DNA of 64,000 bases from Bacteroidales bacterium (lineage in GTDB: Bacteria > Bacteroidota > Bacteroidia > Bacteroidales > UBA7960). The position numbers and the translations under genes were made by a program. Positions within the stretch are counted from its first letter, which is position 1. Each line of letters opens with the position of its first letter. Below are positions 18,231 to 26,062 of this stretch, in pieces. The notes beneath the pieces are model-generated. The model was not told the origin of the DNA. It made no database searches and saw only the letters and a list, made by a program, of their open reading frames with translations. The DNA lies in contig PXAA01000046.1 of NCBI GenBank assembly GCA_003567205.1, positions 1,403-65,402 of the forward strand, written 5' to 3'.

Positions 18231-18872
18231 TCAAACCGTGTGCAAATACGTTATGTGAACATCCGGAATTGCTTCCAGCCGCTCAATGACAGCATGGCTT
18301 TGGCTTGTTCGGACGCTGAAATCGAGGGAGCAGCGAAGGCCGAAATCCTGCCTTTCCTGTGGCAGGTCAAATGCTTTCATTACACGCATGATATCATTCA
18401 TGGCAGGATAATCAAAAAACAGCCTGTAGTGCTTGCGGATGGTCCTGGTGATGATGTGGTTGTTTTCGATGGCTTCTTGTGCGGCCTGGCGGTAAGCATT
18501 GATCAGTCCCCTGACACCCAGTTTGGTGCCGCCGAAATATCGAACCACTACAATCAGGATATTGCACAGGTCATGGGAAAGGATCTGTCCGTAGATTGGC
18601 TGGCCGGCGGTACCGGAGGGTTCGCCGTCGTCGTTTGTGCGGTATAAGGCCTTGTCGTGCCCCAAAACCCAGACGTAACAATGGTGGCGGGCATCGTGAT
18701 ACTCTTTTTTCAGCCCGGCCAGCAAGTCCTTGATTTCTTCTTCATTTGTTACAGGATAAGCCAGTGCAATAAACTTGCTCCCTTTGTCCTTGTATAGGCC
18801 TTTTGAATGCCGCTGAATGGTCTTATAAGTATCTTCCGGGTTTTCTTTCATCCCAATCGTCTCATTAACCAA
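18231..18872 (-). CDS. yigZ: YigZ/IMPACT family protein
   Basis: KGSKFIALAYPV...HHCYVWVLG...DDGEPSGTAGQPI...VVVRYFGGTKLG signature of UPF0029/IMPACT N-domain plus a DUF1949-like C-terminus. Confidence 0.85.
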   Translation of the reverse strand: MVNETIGMKENPEDTYKTIQRHSKGLYKDKGSKFIALAYPVTNEEEIKDLLAGLKKEYHDARHHCYVWVLGHDKALYRTNDDGEPSGTAGQPIYGQILSHDLCNILIVVVRYFGGTKLGVRGLINAYRQAAQEAIENNHIITRTIRKHYRLFFDYPAMNDIMRVMKAFDLPQERQDFGLRCSLDFSVRTSQSHAVIERLEAIPDVHITYLHTV

Positions 18873-18885
18873 TCACTCCATTACC

Positions 18886-19932
18886 TTATGCGTTCCTGAA
18901 ACAATAAAAAACCTCCTGGCCAATAATAATTTGAGATACAGGCTTTTGGGCAGGAATATTTGGTGCAGCAACGCCCCGGCCGAAAAACCCCGTACCCGTA
19001 AACACCCTGGCTTCATCCCAGAGGTTTTGATCGATAAAGCTTTGGAGCAACTGCCGGCCACCTTCCACAAAAAGCGATTGTAAGCCTTCTTCGTAGAGCC
19101 TGCCGGTAAGTGCATGCAAAAGCATGTCATTGAAAGGAAGTTTCATATAGCGGGTTTTGCCGCCGGTTTTTTCAATTTTTTCATTTACCACGATGGTGAC
19201 CTGGCTATTGTCCAGCAAATGTATGCTGGCCGGGAGTTTTAATTCTCTGTCCAGTACAATGCGGGTGGGAGAGGGGCCGTGCCAGTCGCGGATATTCAAT
19301 TTCGGATTGTCTTTCAGTGCGGTCCGGGTGCCCACCATGATGGCCTGTTCTTCGCTGCGCCATTTATGTACAAGTATCCGGAGTTTTTCACTGGTGATCC
19401 AGTTGGGTTGCTTCTCTGCACCGGGCTCCCTTTCTGCGTCAATGAAGCTGTCGGCGGTTTGTGCCCATTTGAGAATAATATAGGGCCGCTTTTTCTCATG
19501 GAAGGTAAAAAAGCGTTTGTTGAGCTGTCGGCATGCATCTTTCATCACGCCCACCTTTACATTGCATCCGTGGCCCCTGAGGCGGGCAATGCCTTTTCCG
19601 GCCACTTCGTCGTAAGGGTCGGCCGTGCCAATTACGATTGCCGGGATGCCTTTTTCGATGATCAGGTCGGTGCAGGGGGGTGTCTTTCCGTGATGACAGC
19701 ATGGTTCCAGGCTGACAAAGAGTGTCGATTTTTTAAGTAACTGTTCGTTCGTCACCGACATAATGGCCCGCACCTCTGCGTGGTGGTCGCCACAGTGCCT
19801 GTGGTAGCCTTCGCCAATGATCCGGCCATTGTGTACCACCACCGCACCCACCATCGGATTGGGGGCTGTGCTGCCCAGGCCCAGCCTGGCCAGGTCGATG
19901 CAGCGTTGCATATATAATTCGTCGTGCGACAT
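18886..19932 (-). CDS. ribD: Bifunctional riboflavin-biosynthesis deaminase/reductase
   Basis: ATG at 19932 gives MSHDELYMQRCIDLA...PNPMVGAVV...HAEV...LEPCCHHGKTPPC (CDA zinc motif) plus the C-terminal RibD reductase domain. Lies 8 nt downstream of the PP2C gene. Confidence 0.93.
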   Translation of the reverse strand: MSHDELYMQRCIDLARLGLGSTAPNPMVGAVVVHNGRIIGEGYHRHCGDHHAEVRAIMSVTNEQLLKKSTLFVSLEPCCHHGKTPPCTDLIIEKGIPAIVIGTADPYDEVAGKGIARLRGHGCNVKVGVMKDACRQLNKRFFTFHEKKRPYIILKWAQTADSFIDAEREPGAEKQPNWITSEKLRILVHKWRSEEQAIMVGTRTALKDNPKLNIRDWHGPSPTRIVLDRELKLPASIHLLDNSQVTIVVNEKIEKTGGKTRYMKLPFNDMLLHALTGRLYEEGLQSLFVEGGRQLLQSFIDQNLWDEARVFTGTGFFGRGVAAPNIPAQKPVSQIIIGQEVFYCFRNA

Positions 19933-19940
19933 GGATGGGG

Positions 19941-21125
19941 TCAAATATACCGCAAACTCACCTCTTTCAAAAATTTCTCCTCAAGGATGCGGGCAATTTT
20001 TTTCATTACCGATCGGCGGATTTCAAGTTCCACCGGCAGGTTGGGATCCTGGTGGGCTACATTTATGGCTGTTCCTGCCAGCAAATGGATCTCATCGCTT
20101 TCCAGTACCTGTCTGACAATGCGGTCTGCCGGGCCTTTTCCCAGTTCTGTCCGGGGGCTGTATTTATCAAGGATCTCTGCCGTTTTGCTCAGGGACAAAA
20201 TACCTTCGGTGACCAGATCAATGCCTTTCATGAAAGAAATGGGTGGCAAATCAGGGTCGTCAAACTCCAGGGTGTCTTCTATTGTGATGTTCAGCTCCCT
20301 GGAAATAATCTCTGCTGTGGTGCCGCCCGACAGGATCTTTTTCCCGTTAAAGTTTTGCACCAACTTTGCCAGTTCCCTGTCTTTTTTCTTTTCGTAAGGC
20401 GGGCCTGAACAGATCAGCAAACGGCGGGGTTCGCGAAAGTAGATCACTGCGGCGCTTGTATCGTCTTTTGCCTGGTATCCGTCATTGGCATGGGCCTTGT
20501 TCACGATTAGGGAGGCCAGTTTGGATGCCGATATACCGGGTTTTTCATTTACCAGGTGAAAAAAGTGTTTCTCTACCTCTTCGGCACCCCATCCCAACAA
20601 AAACTGATCATGCCCCAGACCCGATTGGGTGATGCCGTCGGTCATCAAAAGGATGCGGTCTTCTTTCAGGGCATTGAAACTACAGGCCTTGATCTCTTTC
20701 TGAGACCGGTCGGCTGTTTCAATAGTGATATGTTGCCAGTCGGGGTGATATGCTTCTTTTTCGCGCATGACAATGGCATCGGGATTGTCATAGTTCAGGA
20801 TCGTACATTGCCCGCCCCGTTCAATATCCACTATGGTAAAGGTGGCATAACTGATCTTGCGTTCGCTGCATACGGGCAGTGTGTTCATGATGATCTCGGC
20901 GATCTTGTGGGCGTCCTTATGTTCCTTGGTGAAGTTCAGTGCCATGGTGGCTGTAAGGGTTGCCAGCAGGTTGGCCTTAACCCCGTGCCCCATGCCGTCC
21001 GACAGTACCACCACTGTCCGGCCTTCCTCCCTGACCCTTTCGGAGAGAAAGATATCGCCGCAAATGCGCTCACCGGCATGATTCCGCAAGGCCGACCCAA
21101 CCTCTATGTAAAATCCCTCACCCAT
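19941..21125 (-). CDS. PP2C/SpoIIE-type Ser/Thr protein phosphatase with about 190-aa C-terminal domain of unknown function (HfsC-like)
   Basis: GERICGDIFL...VVVLSDGMGHGVKANLLATL...LLMTDGI is a PPM/SpoIIE catalytic core. The C-terminal half (ICSGPPYEKK...KILSGGTTAEII...) has no motif I can name. Located directly after the HydS-type gene. Confidence 0.8.
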   Translation of the reverse strand: MGEGFYIEVGSALRNHAGERICGDIFLSERVREEGRTVVVLSDGMGHGVKANLLATLTATMALNFTKEHKDAHKIAEIIMNTLPVCSERKISYATFTIVDIERGGQCTILNYDNPDAIVMREKEAYHPDWQHITIETADRSQKEIKACSFNALKEDRILLMTDGITQSGLGHDQFLLGWGAEEVEKHFFHLVNEKPGISASKLASLIVNKAHANDGYQAKDDTSAAVIYFREPRRLLICSGPPYEKKKDRELAKLVQNFNGKKILSGGTTAEIISRELNITIEDTLEFDDPDLPPISFMKGIDLVTEGILSLSKTAEILDKYSPRTELGKGPADRIVRQVLESDEIHLLAGTAINVAHQDPNLPVELEIRRSVMKKIARILEEKFLKEVSLRYI

Positions 21126-21164
21126 GTTATTTTCACAAAATTTCCACTAACGCAACAATTTAAA

Positions 21165-21192
21165 CCACTAATTACTAACTACTAACTACTAA
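21165..21192. repeat. Four tandem heptamers TTAGTAR (read on the minus strand) starting at the stop codon of the HydS-PAS gene
   Basis: Reverse complement reads GAAGAAG TAA TTAGTAG TTAGTAG TTAGTAA TTAGTGG. The first 23 nt (GAAGAAGTAATTAGTAGTTAGTA) are identical to 2783-2805. Confidence 0.9.
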
Positions 21193-23043
21193 TTACTTCT
21201 TCTTTCTTTGGTAAGTTTCAATAATGGAGTTCAGCATCTTCTCCGTCGTACTTGCCCCTTCGCCCAAAGAAAATGCAATCTGCTGTACCATCTTCAGATT
21301 TTCGTCAATTACCTCATTCACCCTGTTGATAATCTCCTCCTGGCGCACTTCGGCTACGTACATGTCGCGGAATACTCCGCCAACTATTTTGTTGGGCTTC
21401 AGCGAATAAATGCTGACATTGAGCAGACGGTCGTCATATTCCACATCCTTGCCCACGATGTTTTTGTCATTCTCCAGCACATAGGTAAACAGGTTATAAA
21501 GATTATAGGGGAGCAGGGTTTTTAAGTCAGCGCCTGCAAGTCCGGGAATCACCTCGTTAATCATGACCGCATCTTCGCCCAGTACTTTGATGAAACTGTC
21601 GTTGGATTCTATGACCTTAAGTTTGTCGTCAACAATCACGGCCGCCGAAGGCAGGTTTTTAAGCAGGGCGGAAGTGGTGTCGGATTGCTGTTTGAGTTTC
21701 TGGTTTTCTTCCAGCAGTGATTTTTCCTTTTCCAGTAAGCCTTCTTGTTGCTTTTTCAGTTTCTCGTTGTTGTTTTTAAGGGTCTTGATGTAATCCTGTT
21801 TGTTTTTTATGGAATAGTTCAGGCACATCTCCGGTCTGGAAAGCCCCTGGGCAATGGAAGCGGCAAAATCGTGACAGCTTCTGAAACCGCAAGCAGTGCA
21901 CGAGGCACTGTGTTCCGGCTTTTTCCCCAGGCTCTTTAAAATTTCTTCTACTTGCTCATTGCCTGGCTGGGGCAGGCGCTGGTCGTCTTTAACTAAGGTG
22001 CGGGCCAGGTTGAGTTCAAGGTATTCTTTCATGTCTTTTTCCCATTGCTCCTGGTCAAAATCCTTAAGACGTTTGTGCACATAGTCCACTACCATGGTGC
22101 GCCGCAGAAATTTATTCGACTGATCGGTAGTTCCCGGCCCCACAATACAACCACCATGATAGAATACGTTGAAATGTTTTTTCAGGAATTCGGCCTGTTT
22201 GTTGAACTCCTCCACCAGGTCGAGCATATTGTTTTTTCCTTCTACAGTGATCACCTTCCCGTCAAACAGCGAATCATCCAGTTTGGCTGCATATACAATG
22301 CCTTTGCTGATGGGGAAGAGTGAGCCAAGGTAGCCGATGGGCTTGTCGAAATCAGAATATTCCACCTTGGCTTCTTTGATCTTAAAACGGGTAAACAAGG
22401 AACGCAGTTCCTTAAAAGTCAGCACTGCATCCACACGTCCCGTGCCCTTGTGCAGTTTGGCTTCGTGCTTTGCCGAAAGGCAGGGGCCGATGAAAACCAC
22501 TTTCAGTTCTTTTCCGAAGGCCTTGCGGACCACTTTGGCACTGGCCGTCATCGGGGTGATGATGGGGGACAGGTTTTCGGTGAGTTCCGGAAAGAATTTT
22601 TCTACATAGGATACCATGCTCGGGCAATTGGACATCAGATAATATTTGCCCTTGAAATTAGAAAGCAGGTCATTGTATTTTTTTGCCACCAGATCTACAC
22701 CGAACGATACTTCATTTACGAAATCGAAGCCCAGTGTACGGATCATCTCCACGAACTTCCGGTAATCGGTAATGTCGGGAAATTCTCCGCTGATGGTGGG
22801 GTCTACAATGGCGGCCACCTTATGCTTTGATTCAAGAAGTGCTATCGTATTTTCCATGTCACTGAAATGAGATACTGCACTGGTAGCACACACCGTTAAG
22901 CAACTGCCGCAACCAATGCAGCGTGCATGGTTAACTTCCGGCATGCCGTTTTTACCACTTGCGGTAATGGATTTTACCGGACAAGCCCTGATGCATGCAT
23001 AGGACCTGTTGCAGCGGTCATGGTCTATTTGGATGATTTTCAT
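21193..23043 (-). CDS. hydS: Sensor-type [FeFe]-hydrogenase paralogue with C-terminal PAS domain (HydS-like, phosphatase-linked class)
   Basis: Two ferredoxin motifs (CNRSYACIRACP, CIGCGSCLTVC). H-domain with altered motifs: L1 MSNCPS, L2 GPCLSAKHE, L3 YHGGCIVGPG. Then CTACGFRSC-x16-C, a K/E/Q coiled coil, and a PAS-like region (SAAVIVDDKLKVIESNDSFIKVLG...). ATG at 23043 is preferred, and a TTG at 23073 is also possible. Confidence 0.85.
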   Translation of the reverse strand: MKIIQIDHDRCNRSYACIRACPVKSITASGKNGMPEVNHARCIGCGSCLTVCATSAVSHFSDMENTIALLESKHKVAAIVDPTISGEFPDITDYRKFVEMIRTLGFDFVNEVSFGVDLVAKKYNDLLSNFKGKYYLMSNCPSMVSYVEKFFPELTENLSPIITPMTASAKVVRKAFGKELKVVFIGPCLSAKHEAKLHKGTGRVDAVLTFKELRSLFTRFKIKEAKVEYSDFDKPIGYLGSLFPISKGIVYAAKLDDSLFDGKVITVEGKNNMLDLVEEFNKQAEFLKKHFNVFYHGGCIVGPGTTDQSNKFLRRTMVVDYVHKRLKDFDQEQWEKDMKEYLELNLARTLVKDDQRLPQPGNEQVEEILKSLGKKPEHSASCTACGFRSCHDFAASIAQGLSRPEMCLNYSIKNKQDYIKTLKNNNEKLKKQQEGLLEKEKSLLEENQKLKQQSDTTSALLKNLPSAAVIVDDKLKVIESNDSFIKVLGEDAVMINEVIPGLAGADLKTLLPYNLYNLFTYVLENDKNIVGKDVEYDDRLLNVSIYSLKPNKIVGGVFRDMYVAEVRQEEIINRVNEVIDENLKMVQQIAFSLGEGASTTEKMLNSIIETYQRKKK

Positions 23044-23069
23044 GCCCTGGTTTTGATTGGTTTGGCGGT

Positions 23070-23327
23070 TCAATGATTGGCGAAATGATTGTCCAGCAGT
23101 TCAGTGATGTTGTCAGATTGAACCTTTGTATACCTGATGCCATCAATAATCAATACGGGCCCGAGCTCGCAATCCCCGAAGCAATGCGCCCCCCTGAACC
23201 GGAAGGTGTCTTCAAGCCCCCTTTCTTTCAGGTAATTTTTTATAAGTTCAAGGCTGTGCTTGTTCCCCCTCGAAAAGCAACTGCTGCCCATGCATATGAC
23301 GATTTCACCGGTAAGTGTCTGGCTCAT
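23070..23327 (-). CDS. Thioredoxin-like [2Fe-2S] ferredoxin (NuoE/HfsA-like small protein)
   Basis: 85 aa with C-x4-C (CMGSSC) and C-x3-C (CFGDC) spaced as in NuoE-type [2Fe-2S] domains. First gene of the minus-strand operon. Confidence 0.8.
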   Translation of the reverse strand: MSQTLTGEIVICMGSSCFSRGNKHSLELIKNYLKERGLEDTFRFRGAHCFGDCELGPVLIIDGIRYTKVQSDNITELLDNHFANH

Positions 23328-23372
23328 ACCTTGCCCATTGATTTATTTTTGAAAGAATTTCTTCAATGATAA

Positions 23373-23380
23373 CAAAATTA
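23373..23380 (-). promoter_or_regulatory. Candidate Bacteroidota -7 promoter element for the fdx-hydS-PP2C operon
   Basis: Minus strand reads TAATTTTG, a perfect TAnnTTTG, 46 nt upstream of the ATG at 23327. The 18-bp imperfect palindrome TTGAAAGAATTTCTTCAA (23349-23366) lies between it and the start codon. Confidence 0.4.
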
Positions 23381-23464
23381 CAGAAAGCTTTTCAGAAAAC
23401 CAGTTAATTCCTTCACATCTTTAGCTTATTGTGCTTTTTAAGATTTAATCTAAATAACATTAAG

Positions 23465-23513
23465 AAGGGACCAGGCGCTTTTTTGCAGCGCTTAGAGTGG
23501 CTTCCCTTTTTTT
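23465..23513 (+). other. Nested hairpin followed by a T-run inside the divergent control region
   Basis: AAGGGA-ccag-GCGCT-tttttgc-AGCGC-ttagagtggct-TCCCTT-TTTTT. Both stems are complementary as read. It lies between the two candidate divergent promoters. Confidence 0.4.
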
Positions 23514-23516
23514 ATT

Positions 23517-23524
23517 TATCTTTG
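23517..23524 (+). promoter_or_regulatory. Candidate Bacteroidota -7 promoter element for hydCBA
   Basis: TATCTTTG is a perfect TAnnTTTG, 108 nt upstream of the hydC ATG. The predicted leader contains TTGTGAA (Rex half-site) and the inverted repeat AATTGA-N10-TCAATT at 23600-23621. Confidence 0.4.
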
Positions 23525-23631
23525 TTGCATTGATTTTTAATAACTTAAATGATTGATTACAATCTTGTTATTGTTTATTCAATTATTTCTTTTATATTGT
23601 GAATTGAATATCAACACTCAATTATGCGGAC

Positions 23632-24099
23632 ATGGATGTAGGGCACATATTGAAAAAATTTCCCAACCGCCGGCGGGAGGATCTGATTCCCCTGCTGCAA
23701 CGCATTCAGGATGAAAACGGTTTTTTGTCGGAGGAGATCATCCACACCGTGGGGGACTACCTGAATATCAGTATAAACAAGATTTATGGGGTGGCTACTT
23801 TTTACGACAATTTCCGGTTCGGCCCACTGGGAAAATACCATTTCCGCCTTTGCCACGGAACGGCCTGCCATGTGGCAGGATCAACCACTCTGCTGAAGGA
23901 ACTGGAAAAATTGCTGCAGATCACCAGTGGCGAAACGGACAAAAGTGGCCTGTTCAGCCTTGAGGTGGTCAGCTGTATAGGTGCCTGCGGGCTAGCCCCC
24001 CTGATCGAGGTCAATGAGATGTATTATACGAATCTAACCCCGGACGCTTTGAAAGACCTTGTGCGGTTGTTCCGGGAAAAAGAAAATGCTGTCATATGA
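23632..24099 (+). CDS. hydC: [FeFe]-hydrogenase NuoE-like [2Fe-2S] subunit
   Basis: 155 aa with CHGTACHVAG...VSCIGACGLAP, the NuoE/HydC cysteine pattern. ATGA overlap with hydB. Confidence 0.92.
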   Translation: MDVGHILKKFPNRRREDLIPLLQRIQDENGFLSEEIIHTVGDYLNISINKIYGVATFYDNFRFGPLGKYHFRLCHGTACHVAGSTTLLKELEKLLQITSGETDKSGLFSLEVVSCIGACGLAPLIEVNEMYYTNLTPDALKDLVRLFREKENAVI

Positions 24100-26045
24100 G
24101 CTCCGATACTGTTAAAGATATCCGGCAATTTCTGACCGCCCAGGTATTGCTCGACCCCAAAAGGGAAGCCCGGACAGACCTGAAAAAAACCTTGTCGTAT
24201 ATAGGTGGGGACCGGGTACACAAGCCGCTGATTTATGTAGGAATGGCCACTTGTGGACGCATTGCCGGTGCGGATAAAACACATGCGGCCATCCGGGAGT
24301 ATTTGCAGGACAACGGCATTGATGCCGACCTGATGGAAGGGGGTTGCGTTGGGTTTTGTAAGGAAGAGCCCCTGGTGGATGTGCAGTTGCCCGGCAAGGC
24401 ACGTTTATCTTTTACGCGTGTTACAGACAATAAGGTGCAGTCTTTGCTGGATGATATTCTTAACGATAATCTGCCTGATTTGCCCGTTTTGGGACAATAT
24501 AAAAACACCATTCTGCAATCATGGGACCATGTGCCCCCCCTGGAATCGCATCCTTTTTTTGCGGGTCAGCACAGGATGTTGCTGGAACACTGCGGTATGA
24601 TTGACCCCGTTTCGGCTGCACAATACATCGCCAGGGGCGGTTACTGGGCTTTTACCGATACCATTGCCCGCCATACACCTGCCGAGGTATGCCGGATTGT
24701 TGAAGAAAGCGGTTTGGCCGGCCGGGGTGGTGGTGGATTTCCGGCCGGGAAAAAATGGACCGCAGCACTGAATACAGTGAGCGACCAGAAATACTTCGTG
24801 TGCAATGCCGTGGAGAGTGATCCGGGCAGCTATATGAACCGTGCCATAATAGAGAGTAACCCGCATCGCCTGATAGAGGCTTTGCTGATCGGTGCTTACG
24901 CCATCGGCGCAAACAAGGCCTATGTTTTTATCCGCGAGGAGTTTCGCCTGGCCGTCAGCCGCCTTGAAGCAGCCATTGAGCAGGCCAGGGAATACGGTTT
25001 AACCGGGCACCATATATTTGATTCAGGAGTGAATATTGATGTGGTGGTCAGGGAGGGTGCCCGGGCTTTTGTTTGTGGTGAGGAAACCGCCCTGAACAAC
25101 AGCATAGAGGGCAAGCGGGCCATGCCCGCTTCCAAACCGCCTTTCCCGGCTGAGAAAGGGTTGTGGAATAAGCCCACCGTGGTCAACAATGTGGAGACAT
25201 TGTTTAATGTTCCACTGATTATAAAAAATGGTCCTGAGTGGTTTCGCACCATGGGTACCGAAAGCAGCAAGGGAACAAAGTTGTTTACACTTTCCGGTCG
25301 TATCAGCAACTATGGGACGGCCGAAGTGCTCATGGGGACTACTTTCAGGGAAATTGTCGATGGAATAGGCGGTGGCCTGGCCGGGGATTATCCATTCAAG
25401 GCCATCGTGCTGGGAATCAATAGCGGCAGTTATATAACTGAGCAAACCCTCGACACCCGGGTGGATTTTGATGCGCTGGGGCGCATTGGGGCTGCCCTCG
25501 GAAGCGGTGCCTTTGTAGTGCTGGATCAGGGTACCTGCATGGTGGATCTGGCCCGCTTTTTCACGGCATTTTTCAAAAAAGAAAGCTGCGGCAAATGCAT
25601 CCCCTGCAGGGAGGGGACGGCACGCATGCTTGAGGTGATGGAAAATGTTACCCGCAGGCCTTCCGACAACAATTCCTTTCAGACACTGGAACGTTTCAAA
25701 GGGGTGATGCAGTTGAAAAGCCTGGCCTCCGTCATCAGCGATACCTCGTTATGTTCGCTGGGCAAGTCAGCACCCAATCCCATACTGAATACCCTCAAAC
25801 ATTTTAAGCATGAGTTCGATGCCCATATTTTTGAAAGAAAATGTGAGGCAGGTGTCTGCACCGACCTCAGGGTCTATGTAATTAACGTGGATGCATGCAC
25901 GGGCTGTACAGCCTGTTTCAAAAAATGTCCGGTGAATGCCATTATTGGATCGCCCCGTTACCCGCACTTTATTGTCCAGGAAAAATGTATCGGTTGCGGC
26001 ATCTGTTTTGACGTATGCAAATTCAACGCGGTTATCATTAAATAA
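24096..26045 (+). CDS. hydB: [FeFe]-hydrogenase NuoF-like NADH/FMN/Fe-S subunit
   Basis: N-terminal thioredoxin-like [2Fe-2S] domain, GRGGGGFPAGKKW (FMN/NADH site), ESCGKCIPCREG ([4Fe-4S]), and a C-terminal 2x CxxCxxCxxxCP ferredoxin domain. Confidence 0.93.
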   Translation: MSSDTVKDIRQFLTAQVLLDPKREARTDLKKTLSYIGGDRVHKPLIYVGMATCGRIAGADKTHAAIREYLQDNGIDADLMEGGCVGFCKEEPLVDVQLPGKARLSFTRVTDNKVQSLLDDILNDNLPDLPVLGQYKNTILQSWDHVPPLESHPFFAGQHRMLLEHCGMIDPVSAAQYIARGGYWAFTDTIARHTPAEVCRIVEESGLAGRGGGGFPAGKKWTAALNTVSDQKYFVCNAVESDPGSYMNRAIIESNPHRLIEALLIGAYAIGANKAYVFIREEFRLAVSRLEAAIEQAREYGLTGHHIFDSGVNIDVVVREGARAFVCGEETALNNSIEGKRAMPASKPPFPAEKGLWNKPTVVNNVETLFNVPLIIKNGPEWFRTMGTESSKGTKLFTLSGRISNYGTAEVLMGTTFREIVDGIGGGLAGDYPFKAIVLGINSGSYITEQTLDTRVDFDALGRIGAALGSGAFVVLDQGTCMVDLARFFTAFFKKESCGKCIPCREGTARMLEVMENVTRRPSDNNSFQTLERFKGVMQLKSLASVISDTSLCSLGKSAPNPILNTLKHFKHEFDAHIFERKCEAGVCTDLRVYVINVDACTGCTACFKKCPVNAIIGSPRYPHFIVQEKCIGCGICFDVCKFNAVIIK

Positions 26046-26062
26046 CGCCAGCTTTTGTTGTT

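Noticed and set aside
18873-19130. 85-aa ORF overlapping the 3' end of ribD in another frame
   Set aside because: It is nested out of frame in ribD, whose translation is collinear with the family across this stretch. It has no motif.
23590-23625. Full Rex operator in the hydC leader
   Set aside because: Only the half-site TTGTGAA is present. The partner half (ATCAACA or ATATCAA, depending on spacer) has 3 mismatches to TTCACAA. It is kept only as a candidate in the control-region finding.
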